Part shown: positions 14,130 through 27,571 of the stretch, piece after piece
How positions within the stretch are numbered: the stretch's first letter is position 1
Layout of the letters: each line of letters opens with the position of its first letter
Assembly (NCBI RefSeq): GCF_006345805.1
Contig: NC_043004.1
Span: 21,824,001-21,888,000 of the forward strand
Direction: 5' to 3'
DNA length: 64,000 bases
DNA from: Octopus sinensis
Taxonomy: Eukaryota
Position numbers and translations under genes: made by a program
The notes under the pieces: generated by a model
Seen by the model: the letters and a program-made list of their open reading frames with translations, nothing else
What the model was told of the DNA's origin: nothing
Database searches by the model: none

Positions 14130-14698
14130 GCACTCCATCGCTAACGACGACCAGCGTCCCAGCTGATACGATCAATCTCTATTTGTTTCACATTATACAG
14201 TCCTGCAATCAATATTTAGATCTGTTTGTTTGATTTTCAGGAATTGTTCTCAATTAAGATTTGAAATTGTTGAAATCTAAGAATAAATTTGCAATAAAAG
14301 TTAAAACTTAGAGGTTTAAAAATTAAATATGTTATAGCTATTTCGCGTGTCTGAGGTAATATCGACCCTGTGTTGAATATCTGAGTATGATGTTATTAAA
14401 ATGTAATTCGGTTCCGAACACCAGTCAACATATGAAGCTGTGAAATTAACGTGCAAGTGAGTGAGCAATCCACAGAAACGTGTACAACTAACGTAGTTCT
14501 CAGGGAGATTCAGCATGACACAGTGTGTGACAAGGCTGGCCCTTTGAAATAAGGATACAACTAATTTTTGCCAGCTGAGTGGACTGGAGCAACGTGAAAC
14601 ACTGTCTTGCTCAAGGACCCAACGCATCGCCGGGAATTGAACACACGACTTTACAATCGTGAGCCAAGTGCCCTGACCACTAAGCCACGCACCTTCAC
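14130..14698 (-). mobile_element. tRNA-derived SINE, family B (CORE-like centre), split by the 268-bp insertion
   Basis: Minus strand: GGTGCGTGGCTTAGTGGTCAGGGC (A box), GTTCAATTCCCGG (B box), CCTTGAGCAAGACAG...TTTCACGTTGCTCCAGTCCACTCAGCTG, body to 14442, and terminal part 14130-14175. Confidence 0.85.
14173..14441 (+). repeat. Second copy of the 268-bp segment, lying inside a SINE
   Basis: Same sequence as 10249-10516, flanked on both sides by SINE-B-like sequence. Confidence 0.95.
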
Positions 14699-15395
14699 AC
14701 CTATATATATATAAAACATTAATAACGAAGAGGAAAGTGAAGATTTTTATTGACATCCAACACTTCCTACAGGATATTCATCTTATCTACAGCTGTTTCA
14801 ACTGCCGGGACTGTACATTGCCATCGTATGTAAGTATGTAATTATGAATTCTAGTCGTTGCAATTACATCAAGAGTCCATCCCTCACAGCTGTTTCAAAG
14901 TAAACTGATTCAAACAAACGTTCTGCGTTGGTATTCGTTGTCAATGTTATTAAATACTCTACTGATTATTTGCAGTTCTGAATAAGAATACAGAATTACC
15001 CAAAGAGTGAAGTTACTAGTACTAGTATCTCTTTCTAAGGTTGAGTACTACATATATATATATATATTATATATATATATATATATATATGTATGTAGGT
15101 ATGTATGTATGTATGTATGTATGTATATATAAAGAAAGATGTGCTAAGAAAATATGAAAGTGCAATTATAATGAAAGTCCTATATTTGTCAATTACTGAA
15201 GTCGTATATGCTTCCAGATATTTCTTAAAGCATAGCAGCAATAAAACAAACTTCAGTTGTCTTTTCAATAGCTAATCTAAAAATGTGAAAGATGAGGAAC
15301 GAAAAATACGTAGTATTTTATCACAAACTTTCAAAATTTGCTTGTGTGAGAGTACACATATGCGGAGACATACATATAGATATATACATACACGG

Positions 15396-15466
<71 letters not shown>

Positions 15467-15479
15467 TATATAGATAGAC

Positions 15480-15510
<31 letters not shown>

Positions 15511-15901
15511 CATATATATATACATGTATATATATATTTATATATATATATGTATATACATTTATATATACATATACGAAGGATTGATTTGCGCTAGCCT
15601 TGCTTGTTTTAAGAAAATAAAAATATATATTATTTATCATACACAGACAGAACATGACATACAACAGATCATAGGATTATGATTTCGCCTTAGTAGGAAA
15701 TGATCACAGTCCGTGCTAGCAGGAAAAGTATAGATTATCTCTTTTCAGACATTTATATATTAGTCAATAAATAGAATAAATACAATAAAGCGTCTTATAG
15801 TATAGAATTATCAATTTTCGTGCTTCTAATAACTTAGGCGACGTAACTAGCAGCTTTTGAATTAATAAATTATGTGGTGTAATATAAACATACTCTCTTA
15901 T

Positions 15902-15943
<42 letters not shown>

Positions 15944-16008
15944 CGTGTATATATACAGATATATACATATGAATAATATATGTCTTTGTGTGTGTGTAAA
16001 TGTGTTTG

Positions 16009-16039
<31 letters not shown>

Positions 16040-16078
16040 ATGTGCGGATATATATATATATGTGTGTATATGTGTGCG

Positions 16079-16121
<43 letters not shown>

Positions 16122-16233
16122 CGAGAAGTGTATGTCTATGTATATATTATGTTTTATCTTCCGTCTTTTATTTGTAGAAGATTGAAAAGGAACACACGAG
16201 TTGATATGTATAAGGAAAAGAAATTAAGTTAGA

Positions 16234-17666
16234 AAAATGCTAAAATAATTTTATCATAAAAACATTTTAGTACCGGTTTCAGTCATTGAGACTTTTTGAA
16301 ATCTAAGTATGGAAAACAATTAAATTTTGGAAAAATTAAATGAAAAGTTTCTAAAAGAATATTTTCATAGTATTCAAATACAAAGTGCATTTTTTCTTGT
16401 TTCTGCCTTCTCTACCTCTCTTGTTTACTCTTGTGGGTTCGAGGTCGTTGAGAATACTTGGTAGGGAAAAAGAAGAAGAAGAAGAAGAAGAAGAAGAAGA
16501 AGAAGAAGAAGAAGAAGAAAAGAAGAAGAAGAAGAAGAAGAAGAAGAAGAAAAAGAAAAGAATGTGGGAGTGGTATGATAGTAGTAGGATGTTAAATGGT
16601 GAAGTGCCCTGAAAGTGACTTGTTGTAGATGGTTGTAGTGATTGAATTCTTGAGATATCTCCTTTGAATACCACAGCAGTGGTAGTAAAGTAAGGAATGA
16701 GGTGGCGGAGAGAGAGAAGAAGAGAAAGAATAATAAACGAATGCGGAGTGGTATGATAGTAGTAAGATGTTAAATGTTCGAGTGACCTAAAAGTGACTCA
16801 TTCTGGATTATAGTATTGATTGGGACTGTTTTTCATGAATTCTTGGGTATCTCTTTTTAATGTATCATTTTTCATATTTGCGTGTGTTTTATTATGAGGT
16901 CATGGTGGATATGTCATTTGTTGTATATGCGTTCAGAAGGGGTCTGAATTTTGTGATAAAGAACGACTTTTTACTAATTCGTTGGCTACAGGTTGTATCG
17001 TCCCTGAATTGACAGACGGGAAAAATTCTGAAGTTTGGACTTTTGTTATTGGCGAAATGACGATGTGTTGGCTGAATGCTATATTTCTGTTTTTCAGAAT
17101 TTTGATCTGGGATCTGTGCAGAACCATCCTTTAACGTAGACTGTTTTTTGTTTGGCCTATATATTGCTCTTGAAACCGAGAGGAGGTTAGTGCGCATATC
17201 ATGTTCTCCAAAGCACATGTGAAGCTGCTTTTCAATCTGAAACGTTGTCCCTGTTTGAAGGAGTACCCTGATCCCTCAATTAAACTGACCCATATCCCAC
17301 AGTTGGGTCTTTCGCTTTTTTTTATTCACGGCTTCAGTGTTGTTGTTGAGCATATAAGGGCATTCTTTTATAATTCTTTCTCTTCTTCTCCTCCTCCTTC
17401 TTCTTCTTTGTCTTATTCTTCCTCTCCGCCACCTCCTTCCTTACTTTACTACTACTGCTGTTTAGAATAACACCTACGCAAATATTAAAAACAATACAGA
17501 AACAAGGAAAATGCTCCTTATATTTGAATACTATGAAAATATTCTTTTAAAAAACTTTTCGTTTAATCTTTGCAGAGTTTGTTTTCCATACTTAGAGTTG
17601 AGAAAGTCTCAATGACTGAAACCGGTACTAAAATGTTTTTTTATGATAAAATTAATTTAGCATTTT
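16234..17666 (-). mobile_element. Penelope-like element relic: GIY-YIG endonuclease C-terminus plus 3' region, bracketed by inverted pseudo-LTR copies
   Basis: 16935-17365 (-) reads ERPNCGIWVSLIEGSGYSFKQGQRFRLKSSFTCALENMICALTSSRFQEQYIGQTKNSLR*RMVLHRSQI.../NKSPNFRIFPV...KKSFFITKFRPLLN. The ~170-bp segments 16234-16405 and 17497-17666 are inverted copies of each other. Confidence 0.85.
16468..16560. repeat. (GAA)n microsatellite inside the Penelope relic
   Basis: Directly visible; source of the poly-E/poly-K ORF. Confidence 0.98.
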
Positions 17667-19307
17667 ATATATTTTATATATTTTATATTTTTCCGTATAT
17701 ATATATGCATACAAAAAATAATCCAACAAGAATCTAATACATTCTAATAAAGCGACGAAATCACCCCCCTTCCCACCAAATCCCCACCAAAATTGCTGAA
17801 ATTGTGAGATAACTAACAACTATCGTTTGTGATAACTATAATACCCTCATTTTAGTCTACCTTCTTCCTCATAGCTTTTATATATATACTTCTGGAATAA
17901 TACCATGCTTGTATTCTAATGTTGGCGTAACATATTTGAATATTCCGTATATAGTTACATAATAATCATTTTTTGTAGTCACTTCTTTTGCATTTCCTAA
18001 TTTGTCATTTATTCTTCTTTATTTTCAGTTCCTATATTTTTTGGTTCTCATTTTAAAACATCTTCCAACTCTTTATATTTTCATCGTATCCCGCCTTGTC
18101 TACACGCTTCAATGCTTATTATATTTAATACAGTATTAATAGCTGCTAAAAGGTCATTGTGTCATCAGCAGGGCAGGGTCTGGCTAGCTGCTGTCTTCTA
18201 TTTTTTTTCTTTCTTGTTTCTCTTAATGAATTCTCTTTGATCTTCCTTCTCTACTCTGTTATACACATACTTAAGATTTATGATTTGTCTTGACCAGTCT
18301 GATTCTAACCAACTATACATCTGTTTCATCTTTTCTCTCTTTTTCTCATTTTCTTTCCCTTTCTTTTTGTATAGTTTTATATCCTCTAGCGTCTCTCCTT
18401 CACTTTTATATATATATTTTCTAGCTTTTGGTTTTTCGGTATTTCTTTGTCTCACACTTTCCGCCTCCGCATCGCTATCACCCTCTTCGTCGATCGTATT
18501 TTTTTAAATGTTTCTGTGCTCTTAAACATTACTTTACTTCTACAGAATTAACATTTGCCACCTATCTTTCTGAAGACAATATTTGGCACTTCAGTGCTTC
18601 CAACTTAAACACATTAACATATGTTTATGCGTTGATAATTATTTCTATTTGTTTGATGAGTATTATTGCATTGGAATGTACAAACGATTGCGTAACACGT
18701 TATTACATCAACTAGCCTCTGGATTTGTGAAATAGCTGTAAAAAACTATCGAGAATTGGATGTTTTCGTCGACAAATATGTTTGTGTTTACGCTTTCGTA
18801 ACTTATTTCATAATAAATTTAATGGCAATATCTGCATGTTTTGTTTGGTCTCTCACGCGCTCTCTCTCTTTCTTTGTGTGGGTGTATGTCTGGGTGTATG
18901 TCTATGCACACACATAGACACAAACGTGCACACACATACCTACACACGCACACAAATATATATTGTTATACTCGGGGACATTTTATGCCAATTAAACACA
19001 CACGCCGTTTATTTGATTGCCACTTAAGTTTTATTAGCATTATTTTTTATTTATTTGTCTGCCAAATTTCTTTCGTAACACATTTTGTGACCTCTGTGTC
19101 TTCTGTTACCCTGCCTATTCCACTTTTTCCTTTTGTGATACGTACCCTACATACCACAGAAAGACGAAATAGAATAGGGAGAGCCAAAATGAAGAGCAAA
19201 TAAATGGTGCATGTGTTCAAATAGCAAATGATGACCAACCTTAATATAACGATACATATTTCAACACACTCTTTCGTATCAAGAATCGTGTACAGTAAAT
19301 ATATGAA

Positions 19308-19536
19308 AGTGCATTGCTCAGTCGTTAGGGCATTGGGCTCGTAATTATGAGGCAATTAGTTCGATTTCCGAACCGTGCTGTGTGTTGTGGTCTTGAACCA
19401 GATACTTTGTTTCACGTTGCTTCAGTTCACTCAAATTCAGAAATGAGTTGCAATGCTGTTGGTGCTAAACTGTATGTGCCTTTACCTTTCCTGGGGATTA
19501 CATCTCTGGGGTGGAGAGGGGAGGCTGGTATAGATG
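19308..19536 (+). mobile_element. SINE family B, diverged
   Basis: TGCTCAGTCGTTAGGGC, GTTCGATTTCC and TTTCACGTTGCTTCAGTTCACTCA are shared with the 14130-14698 copy. Confidence 0.8.
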
Positions 19537-20538
19537 TACGCACACATACGCACAACACGTACTTATGCATGCATACGTCAACCATTCTAGATAACTACAA
19601 ACTCCAAGAGGCTTGCTACTTTCCTCCTGACTAGCTAGATTTCCGCTAAGTTGAATAATATAAACTGAAAATAAATTATGAAAAATCGTAGGTTTGCGTG
19701 TGTGTGTGTGTCTATATATATGTATGTACACAAAAACACACAACTACACTTAGTATATCAGCGGTAAATATTTAACGGATAATTACATTATTTCCAACTG
19801 AAGTAGAATGCCTTTCTTAAACTGTTCCTGGTTTTACTTCATTGTGGTATATCATCAATAGGTGTTCCTTTGAAAAAAATAAAAATACTGAACTATTAAC
19901 TATTTTGCTGGGTAATGCAATTTTTTTTTACGTTAGATAAGGTAAATATCCTGTCAACGTAAATGTAAATATCCTTGAATGTAGCATTTTATGCGCTAAG
20001 AAATCAACCAAAATACTTGCTGCCTACAAAATTACGTTCAATCTAAGTTTGGGAAGAATAGTCTAAGTCGTCTATATATCTTCTATGAATGAAACGTCTT
20101 GAATCAACAAAAGCATTCTCAAGGATGTTTGAAATGACTACACTGCTAAGCTGCCTTAAGGAATTTGTTTTGTACCGAACTTCATAATTTTGCTTTTAAG
20201 ATTTCATAGGAACAACCATAGATTGAGATGCTAAGAATATCGAGTTTTGAAAGTGTCCATTAACAATGCCTATATGATTTTGAAGTGTAATTGCGTTTAA
20301 AGTCACTTTCTAAGTTATAGTTATTATTTCGGTGAATGTGTTTTCGCCCCTGTTGATATTCAGTTATACAATTTCGTGGAATAGAAATATTCCTTAGAGA
20401 AACCTATGACTTTTCTAAGAAATTTAAATTGAAAATAATTGTTGAATCTAGACTTTAGACAGATTCCTGTATTATTGTTATCCAGTAGGGTAACAAATTA
20501 TGTTTTCGTAGTTTAAGAATTAGATCGAATGCTCTCTC

Positions 20539-20721
20539 TCTTTTACTCTTTTACCTGTTTCAGTCATTGACTGTGGTCATGCTGGAGCACCGCATTTAGT
20601 CGAGCAAATCGAACCCAGGACTTATTCTTTGTAAGGCTTGTACTTATTCTATTGGTCTCTTTTGCCGAACCGCTAAGTTACGGGGACGTAAACACAAACA
20701 CACACACACACACACACGCAT

Positions 20722-20766
<45 letters not shown>

Positions 20767-20928
20767 GACAGGTTTCTTTCAATTTCCGTCTACCAAATCC
20801 ACTCACAAGGTTTTGGTTGGCCCGAGGCTATAGTAGAAGACACTTGCCCAAGTTGCCACGCAGTGGAACTGAACCCGGAACCACGTAGTTCGTAAGCAAG
20901 CCACTTACCACACAGCCACTCCTGCGCC
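20539..20928 (-). mobile_element. Full-length tRNA-derived SINE, family A, with internal microsatellite
   Basis: Minus: GGCGCAGGAGTGGCTGTGTGGTAAG...GGTTCAGTTCCACTGCGTGGC...GGAAATTGAAAGAAACC-(TA/TG)n-GTTTACGTCCCCGTAACTTAGCGGTTCGGC...CAATGACTGAAACAGGTAAAAGAG. Probable 8-bp target-site duplication AATGCTCT (20528-35 and 20933-40). Confidence 0.92.
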
Positions 20929-23848
20929 TATAAATGCTCTGCATTTTCATCTCACTTATGACAACAAGGGGGCAGTGAACCAATTATTGGTTCCTCGATA
21001 TCATGTTACTAGAGACACTGTTTAAATAGCAACATAAACTAAAAGTTTAACAGGATGTGGAGGGAAAACGAGTGCTGGTCAGAATCTGTACTTCCTTATA
21101 TTCTGTAAGCAATATAGACATTACGTTTACTAATGAATAACATCAAGCACGAGAAATTAAATCAAATCTTCATATCTGATTTTTTTTTTACTAGTGGTAA
21201 AAGTACAGAGAAGTCACAATTCAATATGGATATACATACGCACACTATACTTACACAATGATATACCTCCTCCCATCAGAGGACATTGTTGATCGTTGTC
21301 AAACTTCTGGGATCAAATGACAATTTATTTAGAACAACGCCATGTCATTGTTATCTACAAAAATGTAACACAGACGGTTTTAATAATAAGGTTTAAATGG
21401 CAAAATTATTCTTTTCACAATAATATCTTTGTGACTCGCATTGTTGTTAATACTGTTGCCAATAAGTAGCTTACCTCCCCAATTGTGTTTTTATATCGAA
21501 CAAATATTTTCACGTTTTACATTTAGCTTCCTTACTAACCTAAATTTCATTGAACTATTCTTTAATCTTTCCACTATCTGTCAGGTACCAAACATATCTC
21601 TCACAATCATTTGCTACAAGTTCCTTTTCACATGCCATAGTCGTATAATACTTTATGCTTATCTATCAGCAAAATATTGCTGCTGTCAGTAATACTACCA
21701 AGACTATCAATATGAAAGAAACATTAGTTTGCACAAAGACACGGTTTCGTGTCAAAGCCATTTATTATATACTGAGAAAAATCTTAATCCCGGCTTTGAC
21801 TTACATTTCAAATAATATTACGAGAAAAATGTTAAGAACATTCGGAAGACAATAAAACAACTGAAATTTTACATCGTCGCTATTTTGCTGATTACCTGAA
21901 GAGCACAAAGTAAAACAATTGAAAACTAGAAAATGTTATATGTTTTCAGTGAAATTTCTTGTTACGGAAGAAATTGAATTCTTGGACACGAAATTTTTTC
22001 ACTACTTTGTGTTATTTTGAGATGGTTTTTGAGGGTATATTTATTCCTTTTTTTCTCCTTAAATACATGAAACTATCTCTTTTGAGCGAAAAATGCAATT
22101 AGCATGGTTACGGATTCTCAACTCCAAAATGTATCACACGTATTTTATTGTGGTTATATTATAATGAAATAAATCTGAAAATGGTCTGGTATCGAGTACT
22201 TTGAAGGAAATTAATCAATACATTCACAAAGACCTAATGTGTGTGTGTGTATGTGTGTATGTATGTATGTATGTATGTATATATGTATACAGATACATAC
22301 GCGAAGACAGATACTGACATTTATACATTCACACAATTCATATACAAACGTATACTTGTATACTCACTCACATACAATAGGACATACAATGATATACTTT
22401 TCTCCCACTCAATATCAATTTATTGATGGATATTAAACTTCTGTGGTCAGCCGAGAAGTAATGTATGATAATTTATGCGATTTTATTGATATTCATTAAA
22501 ATGCAGCAGAAATGGTTATAACAACTGAGTTTCCGACTACGAAAGAATGTGGCGATCATAATTCGTCTGTGATTCTCATTGTGGTTGTTGTTATTGTTGT
22601 TTTAAACATGGGTTGAACAAATTTATAGACAAAACTATTCTAGTCATGGTGCAATCCCTTCTTTTCAAAATATCTAATCTCTGACTAAATTCTACGTTTT
22701 ACCATTTTGGAAACTAAGTGTGCTTTGAGAGAGATTTGGCTATTTGTAGCAAGACGATTAAACCTGGTAGCAGAAAATTAAATTAATATAGGAACGTCAA
22801 CAAGCCAAATATGGTTTTACAACCGACGTTTTGTTTTGCTCCTCAAAAAAGAAAAAAAAAATCTGTAGACACATGTTTTGTTTTGCTCCTCAAAAAAACA
22901 AAATTTTAAGCGCGTGATTCAGGAAGACCGCAAAAGCAATCTGAAAACGGAATTAAAGAACATTGAGCAATGTGTCGCTAGTTGTGCTCTTTGCTACGAT
23001 AAATAAATTCTAAAGCAAAATGCTTCGTCGTCTTTCTGTGCTAAATTCAAATTTGTTGTGAACATGGGAGATATCTTGATGATGAGGATGCCGACTATTA
23101 CAACTATAAAAAAGACAACGACTAATCCTGGGATTGTTCATATTAATGAAAATACCTGATCATGTGCTGCTTGAAAACCAGCAGGCTCACACATGCTATG
23201 CAAAGCGTGATAAAAGATGGAATTCCTGGCGTGTCATAGTTTTAAACAGAAATGTTTAGATTAAGTGTCTTCTGTGGAACTGATTAGTGCAATGAATGCC
23301 TTTAGTTGTTTTTGAGCAGAAGAATTACAACCCAGTTTGTTACTTTGGGTGAACAAAAACCAAAATACAAGGAGATAAAAGAGATCATGTCAATAGGCAA
23401 CTATTTCCAGTGTCTGATTGCGTAAAGGTTTTCCAATAAGTACGAGGGCTTATTCATCCTTTTGTAGATGTGCTCTTGAGTATGTATGCATATGCGTCAG
23501 CTGTTCTTTCTAAAACATGTGATCATCAAAATAAGGTAGGTCTCTCTCTCTCTTTCTCTCTCTCTCCCTAACTATCTATCTCTATCTCCATCTATCTATT
23601 TATTTATCTCTTTCTCTCTCTCTCTTCTTTGTCTCTTCTCTATTTTCTACGCTAGGCATAAGGCCTGAAGTCTTTGGGGTGGAGTCGAACAAATTGATCG
23701 ACCCCACGCCAAATCTTTCGGGGTGGGGCCGATCGATTAGATCGACCCCAGTACGCAACTAGTACTTGATTTATCAACCTCGAAGGATGAAAGGCAAAGT
23801 CGACGTAGGCGGAATTTTAACTCAGAACTTAAAGACAGACGAAATACC

Positions 23849-24075
23849 TATTTCTTTATTACCCACAAGGGGCTAAACACAGAGGGGACAAACAAGGACA
23901 GACATAGGTATTAAGTCGATTACATCGACCCCAGTGCGTAACTGGTACTTAATTTATCGACCCCGAAAGGATGAAAGGCAAAGTCGACCTCGGCGGAATT
24001 TGAACTCACAACGTGACGCAGACGAAATACCGCTAAGCATTTCGCCCGGCGTGCTAACGTTTCTGCCAGCTCGCC
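23849..24075 (-). mobile_element. Well-preserved, complete SINE family C nested in an older family C copy (23650-23848 plus 24076-24120)
   Basis: Minus: GGCGAGCTGGCAGAAACGTTAGCACGCCGGGCG...GTTCAAATTCCGCCGAGGTCGACTTTGCCTTTCATCCTTTCGGGGTCGATAAATTAAGTACC...GGGTAATAAAGAAATA. Flanked by the direct repeat GAAATACC (23841-48 and 24076-83). Confidence 0.9.
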
Positions 24076-24293
24076 GAAATACCGCTAAGCATTACACTCG
24101 GCATCTTAACTTTTGTCTCCTCTCTCTTACTATAAGCTATTCGAAACCGCTGAATTTTTTTGTCAACACTTTACTGAAATACGTAAATTATTCTGATGAA
24201 TTACGTCGAAATCCTTATATATCACATGGGATAATACGTGATATGTGAGTATGTACAAACATTTATATACATACACGCATATATATATATATG

Positions 24294-24342
<49 letters not shown>

Positions 24343-24571
24343 GTATATGTGTATGTATGTATATGTATATGTGTATATATGTATATGTATGTGTATATAT
24401 ATGTATATGTTTATATATATATATATTTATATATGTATATGTGTGTGTGTATATATATATGTATACGTGTATATATATATATATATATATATATGTTTGT
24501 GTGTATATATATATATGTGCGTATATATTTATGTATGGCGGCATGATTGAGAAGAATGAAAGAATATATCT

Positions 24572-24802
24572 GGGCGCGTAACTTAGTTCTACTCCCACGA
24601 TCTCTAGATCGTGGGTTCGATTCCAGGGCCAAGTGCTGTGTTTCGTTCTTCAGCCAAAAAATTCATTTCATGTTGCTCGCATCCACTCAACTGCGGCGAA
24701 CGATCCTTCCGATCGTAGGTGGAGAATATTGGCCTGATCATCTACCATGGTGAACATGACCTGTGATGTCTAATAACTTCCGCCGATCATGGCCTCACCT
24801 GG
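24572..24802 (+). mobile_element. SINE family B, diverged
   Basis: GATCGTGGGTTCGATTCCAGG (B box) and TTCATTTCATGTTGCTCGCATCCACTCAACTG. Confidence 0.7.
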
Positions 24803-24824
24803 TATATGTATATACATGTAATTG

Positions 24825-24873
<49 letters not shown>

Positions 24874-25144
24874 ATATATATATATATATATATACATGTA
24901 TTTATTTAAAAGAAGAAAAGAAAATGGAGATTAGGAAGTTAATAAGTGTTTATCTTAACAACAAATTGGTCATATTTACTTCTTACAGTCGTTTCAATTA
25001 ATACTCAATAATTTAATTGCATATTTGTACATTAAATTTACATTTATGTGACATGAGTATAATTCGTCAGAGGAAAAAGGTGTATAGGTATGTATGCTGA
25101 TATATATTTGTGCATATACGTACATATATGTAGACAAATATTTA

Positions 25145-25179
<35 letters not shown>

Positions 25180-25403
25180 GATTAACTATACGTATACATG
25201 CACGCATGCGTATCTGCGTGTGAAATCAAATTAATGTGTACGCTTAGATATCAATATTTTACAAAACCGTTAAGAATTAATGTACTTACCTTGAAATGTT
25301 ATGGTGTAAACACGCTAATTCAAAATTTTATTTGGCAATGAGCATTGATTGACAATCATGGATCTATATTAATTTCTTTTTTAGGGGTGATGGTACGAAG
25401 AGT

Positions 25404-25512
<109 letters not shown>

Positions 25513-25607
25513 GAAAATTTAGATTCAGATGAATATCGTACTTAATTTGAGGCACAGTTTTTCGTACGGTATTATCCATAGAGTTTCAAAGTAAGGTGAT
25601 TCAAATC

Positions 25608-25802
25608 AAAATAACCAACAAAGATATCCAGAAGTAATGCTGTACGATAGTTTCATGCAACTCCATTTAATTGAACAATGCAATCATTACATCAAGATTG
25701 CTCAGCATTTTAAATTGAAGTAATGATCGGTTTGTTCAATTACATGGAGTTGCATGAAACGATCGTACTGCATTATCACTGGATATCCTTGTTGCTTATT
25801 TT
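25608..25802. repeat. Foldback palindrome, ~88-bp arms and 19-nt loop (MITE-like)
   Basis: 25608-25695 is the reverse complement of 25715-25802 (e.g. GATATCCAG..TAATGC.GTACGAT.GTTTCATGCAACTCCAT.TAATTGAACAA). Confidence 0.9.
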
Positions 25803-25807
25803 AATAT

Positions 25808-25876
<69 letters not shown>

Positions 25877-26530
25877 GTATGTGTGTGTGTGTGTGTCTGT
25901 GTGTGTGTGTATGAGTGTGCATATGTATTCATGCATATATAATAGTATGTATGTGTATATATGTGTTTGCATGAATATGTATATACGTGAGAATGCATGT
26001 ACATGTATAGGTATATGCGCGTATATCTGTGTATATATGTGGGTATATGTATTTGTGCATATTGTCTGTGTGTGTGTGTGTGCGCGCGAGTGTGTACATG
26101 CACATTTTTATAGTTTTATCCATACTTTATAAATGAATATTTTATTCTTTGATTAACGATAAATTTGCCTTATCTAAGTTTAAAATTCCTCTGCTTCCTT
26201 TATTTATTTTTTTCTGATTTTATTTCTCTTATCTACTTTATCGTGAATCAACCTGTGAACCTTTCGCCCAAGCATGTAATAATACAAATCATAAACCGTC
26301 ACATTTAGTCTTCTGAAATAAATCGATAATCCCACATATATCAATCTAAAGGAACGTTGTTTTCCTCTCATGAAATTACACTCATGTCATAAATGTAAAA
26401 TTTATGTACAAAGTTGTGATTAAATTATTGAGTATTAATTGAATCGGCCGGATGAAGCAATGACGACCAATCTTTTGTTAATTATAAACTCCCTAATCTC
26501 CATTTCCTTTTCTTCTTTTAAATCTGTGGT

Positions 26531-26588
<58 letters not shown>

Positions 26589-27571
26589 TTATACGCACAC
26601 CCTCACACGCATAATAAGATAAGCAAGGGACATCATCAGCAATTGCCAGATCTTACATTTATTGTACTTTTGACACTTACAATAGTGCCGCTGCTTGCCT
26701 CTGCCCTTTTCGTAATCTATTTATACTGTACGTTTCAATCTATATAAGTGCAATCGAATTGCCAGCATTTGTTCAACTCGTTCGTAAACATTAAAAACCT
26801 CAATTAACAATCAGTGCTTTGATATGTAGCATTGAATTGTGACTACGTAAAGTTGAGATTGCTTCTACAGTGTTTTGTGATAGGTCAGTATAAACTTCTA
26901 AGTGCAGCACATTCTAATTCTGGTGTTTCAACTAACTATATGCAGTATTAGGTGACTAATCACAAGTTAAACATTATATCTTTATGTACACGTGTATATA
27001 TGTGCATGCGTGTAGATGAGTGCACGTGTCAAGCAGAAAGACATCGAAATACTTAAAGTTACTTAATTTTATAAAGTCTGCTGGACTTACAATGGACATA
27101 TTTATGGAAATAACTGAATCAATAGCCGTTTTTCATCATTATCATTGTGAAAACGTAACCTGAATTCGAGTTGTTTTGCAGTACAAGTATAGACCAGAAA
27201 ATCGAGTACAGTTATTAGGAAAGTTCAAAGCAATAGCTTTTCGTATTTGTTTAAAGTCTCTATGAAGGATGATACTATGAAACAAATTGTGATGAGTAGT
27301 GGATGAGAAAATCAAAATATAGACTAGCGTTTTCCAGGAAGTGATTAAATATGATCAATAGTGATTCTGGTATCCATCATATTTTTAAAGCTTATAATGT
27401 TTAAGTTGTGTGAGATGAATGCGTTCATATTAGAGATTGTGACTGGAAGCATTTGGTTAAGTATAAAGAAAAATCCAGCACGAAGTTATAATGAGAATTT
27501 CAAGTTTATAATTAGTTAGAACTGATATAAATCATAGTATTTCCATAAATAAATTAGCACTTTGCTTGTAT

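Noticed and set aside
16385-16612. ORF with poly-E and poly-K runs
   Set aside because: Read-through of a (GAA)n tract inside a Penelope relic.
22826-22898. 25-bp direct repeat with spacer (similar short repeats at 29404-29463 and 57630-57700) as CRISPR-like arrays
   Set aside because: Only two or three units in eukaryotic DNA with no cas genes; ordinary slippage duplications.
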